Part shown: positions 47,939 to 57,414 of the stretch, piece by piece
Layout: each line of letters opens with the position of its first letter
How positions within the stretch are numbered: the stretch's first letter is position 1
DNA from: Lachnospiraceae bacterium
GTDB taxonomy: Bacteria > Bacillota > Clostridia > Lachnospirales > Lachnospiraceae
DNA length: 64,000 bases
NCBI GenBank assembly: GCA_045530835.1
Contig: JAZSCW010000047.1
Span: 3,879 to 67,878, forward strand
Direction: 5' to 3'
Notes under the pieces: generated by a model
The model's input: only the letters and a program-made list of their open reading frames with translations
Database searches by the model: none
Told to the model about the DNA's origin: nothing
Program-made: the position numbers and the translations under genes

Positions 47939-49687
47939 TTATTTGTAATGTATCAGGCGAAATTGCAAGGATGTAATTCCGCGAAACGTATTTAACTCCG
48001 GCTGATAAATAACGGATATCCGGAATGCTTTTCCACGATAAAATTCTGTCAAAGCCTCAGTACCATGCTTCTGTTCAACATAGTGGTGAAACGCCGCAAC
48101 ATCACCGAAATATTTCAATTCAACCACTTTTCCGTTCGCATCCTTCACCCGATAAGAAGCATATTTTCCATCTGCACCAAAACGTTTTTCCTCCAAAAAA
48201 AGAACATCACGCTGTGCAAAAACAGGCCTTGCATTCCCATTGCCAAATGGCTCCAGGCACTCCAAATCAGAAATCAATCCTTCCGAAACATAACCAAAGG
48301 GCATATCCGCATCTATGCTGATAATTTGCTGAAATTCCATCGTTTGTGCTTTCTTATTCAGTCTGTAGCGTAATTCCTCCAAGTGTTCTTCCGGCATTGA
48401 TATTCCGGCTGCCATCTTATGACCACCAAACTTGGTAAATAGCTCCCTTGCTTCCCATAGATTAGCATACATATCATATTCTGATACAGACCTTCCTGAA
48501 CCTTTTATTCCTTCTTTTGCCGAAGTAAAAACAAGCACCGGTTTGTAAAACCGTTCTTTCAATCTTCCTGCTATAATCCCCGCAACACTTTCATGCACAT
48601 CGGGAAGATATAGCACCAGCACTTTGTCTTCGTTCATGCCGCGTTCTTCAATCATGCGGATTGCACATTCTTCGCCCTGCGCAGTAAGTTCTTTTCTTAT
48701 CTCATTCATCCGCTTAAGCTCTGTTGCAATTTCCTTTGCTCTCGCAGCATCCGTGGTAAGCAAAAGCTCCAATGCACGTTCCGCCGTATCAAGACGCCCT
48801 GTTGCATTCATACACGGTCCTAAAACAAACCCGACGTGATACGCTTTCACCTGTTTACCATGTAACTCATTTTGCTCCATCAACTGATACATCCCGGGAT
48901 TCCGGGTTTGGGAGAGTACCTTCAAACCATATCTGACCAGGCTTCTGTTTTCTTTCTGTAACGGCATGATATCTCCAACCGTAGCAAAAGCAGCCAGAGA
49001 AAGCAGCTCACTGCGCAATAAACTTGTACTGTCTTTGTCGAATTTCAACAGCCTGCTGATTAATTTATAGGCAACCATTGCGCCACACAGTTCACAAAAG
49101 TCCAACCTGTTCTCTGCCCTCTTAGGATTTATCACAGCATCTGCCGGCGGAAGATATTCTCCGACCCCCGAATCACTGTCTTTCATAATCTCATGATGAT
49201 CCGTCACAATCACATCCATTCCATACTCCTTCGCCAGACGAATTGCATCATGCGCACTGATTCCGTTATCACAGGTAATAATTGCCTGAATTCCATCTTC
49301 CTTTGCACGCTGAATCAAAACCTCACTCAAACCGTAACCGTCTTCCATCCTGTGCGGAATCGCATAATCCGTCTGCAAGCCGAATATACGCAAACCCTTC
49401 ACCAAAATAGCCGTTGCACAGATTCCGTCAATATCATAATCTCCGATTACCCTGATTCTTTTTTCCGATGCTTTGATTTCTCCTAAAAGATGTACGGCAC
49501 GTTCCATATCGGCATATCCTTCAGTCCTATCAAACGCTTCTTCCTCACCATATAAAAAATCTTGAATTTCTTCTTCACCCTCAATTCCGCGATTACGTAT
49601 AATCCGCATTACCACGGGATCCAAACCATACTTTGCGGAAAGCCCTTCATAGTCTGCTCCAATACGCAGCAACCTCCATTCTGCCAT
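47939..49687 (-). CDS. recJ: Single-stranded DNA exonuclease RecJ
   Basis: GDYDIDG, TCDNG, TDHH, GSGRS, GGH. Confidence 0.96.
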   Translation of the reverse strand: MAEWRLLRIGADYEGLSAKYGLDPVVMRIIRNRGIEGEEEIQDFLYGEEEAFDRTEGYADMERAVHLLGEIKASEKRIRVIGDYDIDGICATAILVKGLRIFGLQTDYAIPHRMEDGYGLSEVLIQRAKEDGIQAIITCDNGISAHDAIRLAKEYGMDVIVTDHHEIMKDSDSGVGEYLPPADAVINPKRAENRLDFCELCGAMVAYKLISRLLKFDKDSTSLLRSELLSLAAFATVGDIMPLQKENRSLVRYGLKVLSQTRNPGMYQLMEQNELHGKQVKAYHVGFVLGPCMNATGRLDTAERALELLLTTDAARAKEIATELKRMNEIRKELTAQGEECAIRMIEERGMNEDKVLVLYLPDVHESVAGIIAGRLKERFYKPVLVFTSAKEGIKGSGRSVSEYDMYANLWEARELFTKFGGHKMAAGISMPEEHLEELRYRLNKKAQTMEFQQIISIDADMPFGYVSEGLISDLECLEPFGNGNARPVFAQRDVLFLEEKRFGADGKYASYRVKDANGKVVELKYFGDVAAFHHYVEQKHGTEALTEFYRGKAFRISVIYQPELNTFRGITSLQFRLIHYK

Positions 49688-49781
49688 TTATAACGCCTCC
49701 AAAACCCTTCAAAATATTTTCCAATAGTGCAAAAAAGCCCTTACGGACTTTTTTACAAGATGTATCTTACATCAATATATT

Positions 49782-52241
49782 TTATTCTTCATCATCTTCC
49801 TCATGTACCGGAAGTCTGTTTCTTAAGAAATACCAAAGTGCACCTGCCAGACAAACCGATGAGTATGCACCACAAATAATACCTACCATCAACGGCAACG
49901 CAAACTCTTTAATCGACGTAACACCAAGAATATAGAGACACGCAACCATAAAGAAAGTTGTAGCCGAAGTAAACAGACTTCGTGAAAGGGTAGATGTTAT
50001 ACTGCTGTTTACCACATCCTTTATATCCACCTCTTTAGGACCTGCATTTTTCTGGCGTTTTTTCAACAGATTTTCTTTTGCCTCTGCTTTACGTTCACGA
50101 TAAACCTCACGAATACGGTCAAAAATAACAATTGTAGCATTGATGGAATAACCAACAATTGTCAACATACATGCAATAAAGGTTGAACCAACACTAATTC
50201 TTGCAATTGCATAGAATGTAATAACAATTAACACGTCATGTGCCAATGCCATTACGGATGAAAGACCGAACCTGAAATCGCTGAATCTGAACCAGATGTA
50301 AATCAACATACATACAACCGCAATAGAAACCGCAATAATGGATGATGATTTCATTTCGCTTGAGATGGTTGCACCAATTGTCTGTGTCTGTAACGTTCCT
50401 TCATTTACACCATGCTGTGTAACAAAATATTGTTTTAACTCTTCACGCTCATCCTCGTTCAAGTCTCTTGTCTTTATAATAATCTCATTGGTTCCTTCTA
50501 CCTTCTGAACCTGAACATTACCATCACCGGTAATCTTCTCAATACCTGGAACAATCTGTTCATCAATTTGCTCAATGCTCATATCCTGAACAAGTTCAAG
50601 ACTGGTTGAAGTACCACCTTTAAATTCCAGGCTGTAATTTAAGATATCACCCATTGATGCTTTATTCACAAACAGGAATACAACACCAACCAAAATAACG
50701 ACACCGGAAACTGCCCAAAACCATATTCCCTTGCTTAAGAAGTCAATCGGTTTCTTAAGCTTGGCAACACCAAAGAGCTTCTCATTCTGTAATCCCATGG
50801 CGATAAAACCATTGAGCAAAATTCTTGTAATCACCAAGGCTGTAAACATGGAAAGAACAATACCAATTGCCAACGTCCATGCAAAACCTTTTACGGTTCC
50901 TGTTCCGGCAAAAATCAGAATCACAGAAGCAATCAATGTTGTAATATTACCATCCAAAATAGCAGATAACGCCTTCTTAAAACCAATATCCGTTGCGCTC
51001 TGAACCGTCTTTCCCGTTGCAAGCTCCTCACGGATTCTTGCGAAAATAATAACATTCGCATCCACAGCCATACCAATAGATAAAATGATACCGGCAATAC
51101 CGGGAAGCGTAAGTGTTACATCAAAAATTGAAATCGTTATTACCACCATTGCAGTATACATAACCAAAGCCAGTACACTTGAGAAACCGGGCATACGATA
51201 AACAAGAATCATAAATACCGCAACCAATGCAAATCCGATTAACGCGGCCTGTAAGCAGGTTTTGATGGCCGACGAACCAAGCTGCGCCCCAACCACCTGT
51301 GAACGAAGTTCCTGTAATGTAAGCTTCAATGCACCGTTTCTGATATTAGAAGCCAGTCTCTCAGACTCTTCATAATTTGCCATACCGGAAATTACAGCCT
51401 TACCATCTGTAATTGCTTCATTTACACGAGGTACACTAATGAATTTATCGTCATAATAAATCGCAATCGTCTCACCTGACTTGCTTGCTCTCTTTGTTGC
51501 CTCTGCAAACTTGTCGCGTCCTTCCGGGGTAAATTCCAGAGAAACGACTTCCTGTTTATTTCCGACACTATCCTGCTGCTGCACCGCATCAGCATCCGTA
51601 ACATCATTACCTGTCAGAATAACAGATCCATTTTCCACCAGTTCTTCATACGGCTTATTCAACTGATACTGCGGTGAAATCTGCTTTGCAGTATCCAGAT
51701 CAAAACTGATTGCTTTGCCGTTTTCGTCCAGTGCAAGCCCCTGCGTTTCCGCATCATAAAGAACAGCAATTGTATCGGACACATAAACAAAATTAACATT
51801 CTTTTCATCATGGTATACCTGCTGTCCTTCGGGAGAAACCATTAAGGAATAGTTCTGATTCCCCTCATTGTCCGTCTGGGCAATGAAGGAAAGACTGCCG
51901 GGCTTACCTAATTCCTCCAAAATCTCATTCGCATTGGAAACACCGGGAATTTCAATATTAATACGATTATCCCCCTCAGGATATACCTGTGCTTCCGTGC
52001 TATACGTATAAACCTTCTGCTCCAATTTAAACAGCGTATCATTAAGTTCTTCCGTTGTCGGCGGTTCATCACCTACCACCTCATATGTGATACTGACACC
52101 ACCGGCAAGGTCCAGACCCCGCTTAATATCTGCCGCTGATCCGGCTTTATTTTCACCAATACCGCATAATGCAATATACACCAGTCCGCCGGTAATCGCC
52201 AGAACCAAAAAGAAACTAATTATTCTCCATGCTTTATTCAT
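49782..52241 (-). CDS. secDF: Fused protein translocase SecDF
   Basis: GLDLAGG, GMAVDANV, DGNITT (SecD); EFKGGT, GYSINATIVIFDRIRE (SecF). Confidence 0.95.
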   Translation of the reverse strand: MNKAWRIISFFLVLAITGGLVYIALCGIGENKAGSAADIKRGLDLAGGVSITYEVVGDEPPTTEELNDTLFKLEQKVYTYSTEAQVYPEGDNRINIEIPGVSNANEILEELGKPGSLSFIAQTDNEGNQNYSLMVSPEGQQVYHDEKNVNFVYVSDTIAVLYDAETQGLALDENGKAISFDLDTAKQISPQYQLNKPYEELVENGSVILTGNDVTDADAVQQQDSVGNKQEVVSLEFTPEGRDKFAEATKRASKSGETIAIYYDDKFISVPRVNEAITDGKAVISGMANYEESERLASNIRNGALKLTLQELRSQVVGAQLGSSAIKTCLQAALIGFALVAVFMILVYRMPGFSSVLALVMYTAMVVITISIFDVTLTLPGIAGIILSIGMAVDANVIIFARIREELATGKTVQSATDIGFKKALSAILDGNITTLIASVILIFAGTGTVKGFAWTLAIGIVLSMFTALVITRILLNGFIAMGLQNEKLFGVAKLKKPIDFLSKGIWFWAVSGVVILVGVVFLFVNKASMGDILNYSLEFKGGTSTSLELVQDMSIEQIDEQIVPGIEKITGDGNVQVQKVEGTNEIIIKTRDLNEDEREELKQYFVTQHGVNEGTLQTQTIGATISSEMKSSSIIAVSIAVVCMLIYIWFRFSDFRFGLSSVMALAHDVLIVITFYAIARISVGSTFIACMLTIVGYSINATIVIFDRIREVYRERKAEAKENLLKKRQKNAGPKEVDIKDVVNSSITSTLSRSLFTSATTFFMVACLYILGVTSIKEFALPLMVGIICGAYSSVCLAGALWYFLRNRLPVHEEDDEE

Positions 52242-52254
52242 TCTTTTATCCTCT

Positions 52255-53670
52255 CTATTCCGATGCCTCTGCAACCTTCATCATGATTGCACATTCTATA
52301 CGTTTCCTTTGTAATTCACATCCGATGTCATACGCATCGTTGATGGAACCATGAAAATGATACGAATTTGCCGCACATCCTCCGCTGCAATAAAACTTTG
52401 CAAAACATTCGCGACATTTCTCTTTTGAATATACATTACAATCCGAAAACATCTTGCGAATATCCTCTCGTTTTATGCCCTCATCAACATTTCCCATCAG
52501 GAATTCTTCTTCGCCGACAAACTGATGACAGGGATAAAAATCTCCCCAGGGGGTAACTGCCAGATATTCACATCCCGAACCGCACCCTGAAAGACGCTTC
52601 GCAACACAGGGTCCACCGGATAAATCAATCATAAAATGGAAAAAGTTAAATGGTTTCCCTTCCTTTTTGCGTTTGAGCATTTCAACTGCAAGCCGGTCAT
52701 AATTTTCAAAAAGAACCGGAATATCTTCTTCCTTCAAAGCATACGCTTCTGTTTCCGGTGCCACAACCGGTTCTACGGAAATCTGTTGAAAACCAAGATC
52801 TGCAAGGTGTAAAACATCTTCGCAAAAATCAGTATTATAATGCGTATAGGTTCCACGCACATAATAGTTCATTTGGTCTCTGCTCTCTGCCGCTTTGATA
52901 AACTTAGGAACAATCTTATCATAGGAACCGCTGCCACCGCGTGTCGGACGCATAAAATCATGAATCTCTTTTCGTCCGTCAATACTAAGCACCAGATTTC
53001 CCATTTCCTTATTGGCAAATTCAAGAATCTCATCATTCAAAAGCATTCCGTTTGTCGTCAATGTGAAACGGAATTTCTTGTCATGCTCTGCTTCGAGACT
53101 TCTGCCGTATTCTACCAGTTTCTTTACTACTTCCCAGTTCATTAACGGCTCACCGCCAAAGAAATCAACTTCCAGATTTCTTCTGGTTCCGGATTCTTTT
53201 ACCAGAAAATCCAATGCCTTTTTACCGACTTCATAGCTCATAATCGCCCGTCTGCCATGATATTCGCCTTCTTCTGCAAAACAATATTTACAGCCCAGAT
53301 TACAATCATGTGCAATGTGAAGACACATTGCCTTTACCACCGGTTTTCTATCTTTAAACTGCTCGATAAAAGGTTCATAAATGTCTTCCGTAAAAAGCAT
53401 GTCCTGTGCAATCAGCTCCTGAATTTCTTCGATTGCCTCACGAATTTCCTCCTCAGTTGCCGGACGTTTTTTTCCTTCTTCCTCTATTGTAAAAGTTGAA
53501 ATATGTTTCTCCATGCAGGCATACATATACTCAGCATCTTTGCGTTTATCAGACTCTTCCTGTTCAAAATAGGGAATCATTTGATATACCAGCAAATCTA
53601 CAGCATGCACACTTCCACTGTTCACATCCAACACAATATAATAACCATTGTTTTGGTATTGATGTATCAC
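52255..53670 (-). CDS. scfB: SCIFF radical SAM maturase (thioether cross-linking, SPASM domain)
   Basis: MIHQY..NGYYIVLDVNSGSVH, CNLGCKYC, FFGGEP, SPASM Cys clusters. Confidence 0.95.
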   Translation of the reverse strand: MIHQYQNNGYYIVLDVNSGSVHAVDLLVYQMIPYFEQEESDKRKDAEYMYACMEKHISTFTIEEEGKKRPATEEEIREAIEEIQELIAQDMLFTEDIYEPFIEQFKDRKPVVKAMCLHIAHDCNLGCKYCFAEEGEYHGRRAIMSYEVGKKALDFLVKESGTRRNLEVDFFGGEPLMNWEVVKKLVEYGRSLEAEHDKKFRFTLTTNGMLLNDEILEFANKEMGNLVLSIDGRKEIHDFMRPTRGGSGSYDKIVPKFIKAAESRDQMNYYVRGTYTHYNTDFCEDVLHLADLGFQQISVEPVVAPETEAYALKEEDIPVLFENYDRLAVEMLKRKKEGKPFNFFHFMIDLSGGPCVAKRLSGCGSGCEYLAVTPWGDFYPCHQFVGEEEFLMGNVDEGIKREDIRKMFSDCNVYSKEKCRECFAKFYCSGGCAANSYHFHGSINDAYDIGCELQRKRIECAIMMKVAEASE

Positions 53671-53692
53671 GTTCTACTTCCTCCACGTACAA

Positions 53693-53716
53693 AGAGCAGC
53701 GTTTCAACGCTGCCCT
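53693..53716 (-). terminator. Hairpin between scfA and scfB
   Basis: AGGGCAGCGTT-GA-AACGCTGCTCTTT on the minus strand. Confidence 0.55.
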
Positions 53717-53728
53717 CACTTTTTCTTC

Positions 53729-53872
53729 TTATTTTACCTGTTCACAGCTCTGATTTCCTACAGTACAGGATGTTTTGCAAGCTGACTGGCAAGATGTCTG
53801 GCATTCACCACAGCCGCCCTTTTTTAAAGATTTCTTATAATCTCTGGTATTTAAAGTTTTAATGTGCTTCAT
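53729..53872 (-). CDS. scfA: Six-cysteine ranthipeptide precursor SCIFF (47 aa; not in the ORF track)
   Basis: Manual translation: MKHIKTLNTRDYKKSLKKGGCGECQTSCQSACKTSCTVGNQSCEQVK; RBS AAGGAGG. Confidence 0.96.
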   Translation of the reverse strand: MKHIKTLNTRDYKKSLKKGGCGECQTSCQSACKTSCTVGNQSCEQVK

Positions 53873-53943
53873 ATTAAACCTCCTTGGGTAATCTCACTTG
53901 GTTGATAGTATAGCATACTTTCCTTAAATGTAAAAGCTTTTTT

Positions 53944-54345
53944 TCAAAGTTTTTTCTTTTTCAGTCCGGCAACCATACCTCCAAGCGCACCACTTCCGAC
54001 ACAAATAGCAAGTGTCGTAAAAAAATTACCGCCAAAATCACGTATTGTATGATTTACCAAAAGGGATACTGCCAACAGGATTAAAAAGTTCAATCCCCCC
54101 GTTATCATCCCGGCCAGATAATGTTTCCCATACACACCGCAACCGCCGATTAAGCCTCCCACAAAATTTCCCGCTAAATAAATGAGAAGAATGCCGATTG
54201 CAATCATGCTCTCCGGAAGCGCAAACCGAAACAAAAGAAATGACAGTAAAATCAAAAGCAGTCCCATGATAAGCCATGCACTCAGTACCGCTACCCCAAA
54301 ACAGATCCATTCATTACAAAACAGTTTTTTTAAATTTTTATTCAT
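53944..54345 (-). CDS. TIGR04086-family (DUF3792) membrane protein
   Basis: Four Gly-rich TM helices ending GALGGM; usual neighbour of scfAB. Confidence 0.75.
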   Translation of the reverse strand: MNKNLKKLFCNEWICFGVAVLSAWLIMGLLLILLSFLLFRFALPESMIAIGILLIYLAGNFVGGLIGGCGVYGKHYLAGMITGGLNFLILLAVSLLVNHTIRDFGGNFFTTLAICVGSGALGGMVAGLKKKKL

Positions 54346-54466
54346 TTTTATGTACAGCCGGCGATGAGCCTCCTCCTTTTTTCGTTGCCTTACCTCTGTT
54401 ACATTCTATGATAAATTTGCGGGATTATACCAATGTTTGCGCAATGTAAAAATAACGTATTCTTAC

Positions 54467-54495
54467 TTGACAGAAAAAATAATTTTCGGTATATT
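54467..54495 (+). promoter_or_regulatory. Sigma-A promoter of the corC-like gene
   Basis: TTGACA-17 bp-TATATT. Confidence 0.7.
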
Positions 54496-54549
54496 TGGGA
54501 ATAATAGTGAAATTATTCACTAAATTTATTTTGAAAAGGAGAAAAAATT

Positions 54550-55905
54550 TTGGACCCATCCAGTGTCATATTGACAACATCTATTTCTACTATATCACCC
54601 ACGGTGATTATCGAACTTCTTATTTTATTTATTCTGATTATTCTATCTGCATTTTTTTCTTCGGCAGAGACTGCTTTTTCTACCGCCAACAGAATACGAA
54701 TCCGCTCACTTGCAGATGAAGGAAACAAGAATGCAGCAAGTGTACTTGCCATCTTGGATAATTATGGCAAACTCATCAGCACTATTTTAATTGGTAATAA
54801 TATTGTAAACCTTTCTGCATCTGCACTCGCAACAACAATCGCAATCAGTCTGAGTACTCCCAGCACACAAAGTCTGATAACAGGAATTGCTACGGGAATT
54901 TTGACAATTGTTGTGTTACTTGCCGGAGAAATTCTTCCTAAAACATGGGCGAATCTGAATGCAGACAAAATATCTTTGCTTTACGCACCGATTATCCGGT
55001 TCCTGATGCTGATTCTGACACCGGTTATCTTTGTCATAAATCTTTTGTCGAATGCAATTATGCGTCTGTTCCGAATTGATCCGAACAAAAAAAATGCAGT
55101 CATCACAGAAACAGAATTAAAGACATATGTTGACGCCAGCCACGAAGACGGCGTTATCGAAGAAGAAGAACGTGAGATGATTTACAATGTGTTTGACTTT
55201 GGCGACTCTCTTGCCAAAGATGTCATGATTCCGCGTATTGATATGGTTTCCGTAGAAGATACTGCATCCTACAACGAAATCAAAGAAGTATTTAAAGAAA
55301 ATATGTATACGAGAATTCCCGTATATCATGATTCTACAGACAACATTATCGGTATTATCAATATTAAGGATTTCCTTTTTGTACCGGATACGGAAAACTT
55401 TAAAATATCAGATATATTAAGAGATGTTTATTTTACTTATGAATACAAGAAAACTTCTGATTTAATGCTTGAAATGCGCCAGTCCTCTTCTAATATGGCA
55501 ATGGTTTTGAATGAGTACGGTTCCACGGAAGGCATGATTACCTTAGAAGATTTATTAGAGGAAATTGTCGGAGAAATTCGTGATGAATATGATGAGGATG
55601 AAGAACAGCTCATTCAAAAAATCAGCGAAAATATTTATATCGTTCCCGGAGGAATGAAATTAGACGACATCAACGATTCCTTAGAAACGGATTTTGCCAG
55701 TGAAGACTATGATTCCATTGGCGGTCTGATTATCGAAAAACTCGATAAACTACCTTCCGAAGGCGAAACCGTAACCTTAGAAAACGGTTCCGTACTTACT
55801 GTCGACAGCATTAACCAAAATCGAATAGAACTGGTTAAGCTTACCCTTGCTTCCAGGACAGATTCCGATACCATAAACGCTGCGGAAACAGAGTCAGACA
55901 ATTAA
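54550..55905 (+). CDS. HlyC/CorC family (CNNM-CBS) transporter
   Basis: SAFFSSAETA, LIGNNIVN, GEILPK, VMIPR, TLEDLLEEIVGEIRDEYD. Confidence 0.93.
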   Translation: MDPSSVILTTSISTISPTVIIELLILFILIILSAFFSSAETAFSTANRIRIRSLADEGNKNAASVLAILDNYGKLISTILIGNNIVNLSASALATTIAISLSTPSTQSLITGIATGILTIVVLLAGEILPKTWANLNADKISLLYAPIIRFLMLILTPVIFVINLLSNAIMRLFRIDPNKKNAVITETELKTYVDASHEDGVIEEEEREMIYNVFDFGDSLAKDVMIPRIDMVSVEDTASYNEIKEVFKENMYTRIPVYHDSTDNIIGIINIKDFLFVPDTENFKISDILRDVYFTYEYKKTSDLMLEMRQSSSNMAMVLNEYGSTEGMITLEDLLEEIVGEIRDEYDEDEEQLIQKISENIYIVPGGMKLDDINDSLETDFASEDYDSIGGLIIEKLDKLPSEGETVTLENGSVLTVDSINQNRIELVKLTLASRTDSDTINAAETESDN

Positions 55906-55909
55906 ATGT

Positions 55910-55954
55910 AAGAGGAGTGATGAATGCAACTATCACATTCATCACTCCTCTTTT
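55910..55954. terminator. Bidirectional intrinsic terminator
   Basis: Perfect 17-bp inverted repeat AAGAGGAGTGATGAATG/CATTCATCACTCCTCTT between convergent genes. Confidence 0.85.
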
Positions 55955-55995
55955 AATACCTTTTATGCCTAATATCGTTTTTATCTTCCACCCTA

Positions 55996-56751
55996 TTACA
56001 GTATCTCAGAAATCAAATGAGACAACACATGTTCAGGAGCAGCTTCTATTACATAATCCGCGAAACGATCTGTATGATGAGGATGTTCATTGATCAAAAT
56101 CAATTTATTTCCTCTGTAATGACCGGTACAATACTGAATCTTACTTCCGCCAAGATTCATTCCCAGTACAAGAATCATATCAGCCTCTGCGCAGGCCTTT
56201 GTTGCCAAAGTCAAATAATCATTACGTACCCTTTCACCAAACAATCGAATTCCGGGCCTGATTGCTTCTTTACAAGTTTCACACAAAGGCACTTTATGCT
56301 GTAAAAGATATTCATGCGGATATCTCTTTTTACATACAGGACAATATGCGCCGTGAACACTTCCCTGCAACTCTATAACATTCTTTAATCCGCTCAAATT
56401 TTCCAAACCGAACATATTCATACTAATTACAGTCTTAAGTTTTCCAAGTTCCTGTAGTTTCTTTAATGCATCCATTGTTACGCCCGGAGACGGCAAATGA
56501 GAAAGAACTTCCGCCTTATAAAAATCATAAAACTGCTCAGTACGTGAATAAAACACCCCTGCTGACAATAATTCTTCCGGACTTTCTCCATATTCCTTCT
56601 CAATACGGTACAATTCATCCCTTTCCCAAACATCCATGCCGCCGGATTCCGTTACAATGTCATGTCCTACCACACAAACAATCCGTTCCGAATCTAAAAT
56701 CATATTTTTAACACAAGTAAATACCACATCTTTTTCATTCATCATAAGCAT
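55996..56751 (-). CDS. Sir2/CobB-like protein with degenerate catalytic motifs
   Basis: Sirtuin fold cues (CxxC...CxxC, IRPGIRLFGE, ILIN), but GAGxS, QNID and ELHG are replaced by GHDI, MNMF and ELQG. Confidence 0.8.
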   Translation of the reverse strand: MLMMNEKDVVFTCVKNMILDSERIVCVVGHDIVTESGGMDVWERDELYRIEKEYGESPEELLSAGVFYSRTEQFYDFYKAEVLSHLPSPGVTMDALKKLQELGKLKTVISMNMFGLENLSGLKNVIELQGSVHGAYCPVCKKRYPHEYLLQHKVPLCETCKEAIRPGIRLFGERVRNDYLTLATKACAEADMILVLGMNLGGSKIQYCTGHYRGNKLILINEHPHHTDRFADYVIEAAPEHVLSHLISEIL

Positions 56752-56820
56752 TCTCTCCTCTTACGGATTCTCTCTTATTTTTGTCCATTACTTTTATTTT
56801 ATTAAAGCTGACTCAAAAAA

Positions 56821-57357
56821 TCAATAGTTTCCTACAGTGTTTATGATTCCGTTTGCAATTGCTTCCGCAGTTTGCTCAAATTTTGCATCCAACAAAAGAT
56901 TATCGTCTTCTGTATTGATAAATCCGACCTCTACCAAAACAGCCGGCATTTCAGTGCGATTCAAAACGATAAGGTTCGGACGTTCATTTACTCCCAGATT
57001 TTTCCACCCGATGTTTTCTAACTGTTCATTAATATTCTCTGCAAGAATTGCAGCAGCAGAGAACTTATTATAAACCAAACTCTCCACGCCTGTATACTGA
57101 TTCGGATAAACACTGGAATTTCTGTGTATGGAAACAAAATAATCGCCTCCTATGAGATTGGCTTCCATCGCTTTCTCATACGGCGATTCATACACGTCTG
57201 TCACCCTCGTATAATAGACCTCAACTCCGGCCTCCTGTAAGCGTTCCCCGACAGCAAACACAATGGCAAGTGCGTCTTCTTTTTCCCGCCTGCCACCATA
57301 AACCGCTCCGGGATTCGAACCACCGTGCCCGGCATCTAAAATAACCTTAGCAGCCAT
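56821..57357 (-). CDS. N-acetylmuramoyl-L-alanine amidase (Amidase_3, catalytic domain only)
   Basis: LDAGHGG, EKE, SIHRN, PAVLVEVGF. Confidence 0.92.
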   Translation of the reverse strand: MAAKVILDAGHGGSNPGAVYGGRREKEDALAIVFAVGERLQEAGVEVYYTRVTDVYESPYEKAMEANLIGGDYFVSIHRNSSVYPNQYTGVESLVYNKFSAAAILAENINEQLENIGWKNLGVNERPNLIVLNRTEMPAVLVEVGFINTEDDNLLLDAKFEQTAEAIANGIINTVGNY

Positions 57358-57361
57358 AATA

Positions 57362-57414
57362 AAAACCCCTCTATGCATACTCACTATAAAATATGCATAC
57401 CGAGGGGTTTTGGT
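57362..57414 (-). promoter_or_regulatory. Putative sigma-K promoter of the amidase nested in an RBS-sequestering/terminator hairpin
   Basis: AC-17 bp-CATATTTTA; inverted repeat AAAACCCCTC(GG)TATGCATA...TATGCATAGAGGGGTTTT. Confidence 0.62.

Noticed and set aside
54403-54430. Sporulation promoter GTATA-15-CATAGAAT upstream of the TIGR04086 gene
   Set aside because: The spacing is one base short of the sigma-E geometry seen elsewhere in the window; too weak to call.
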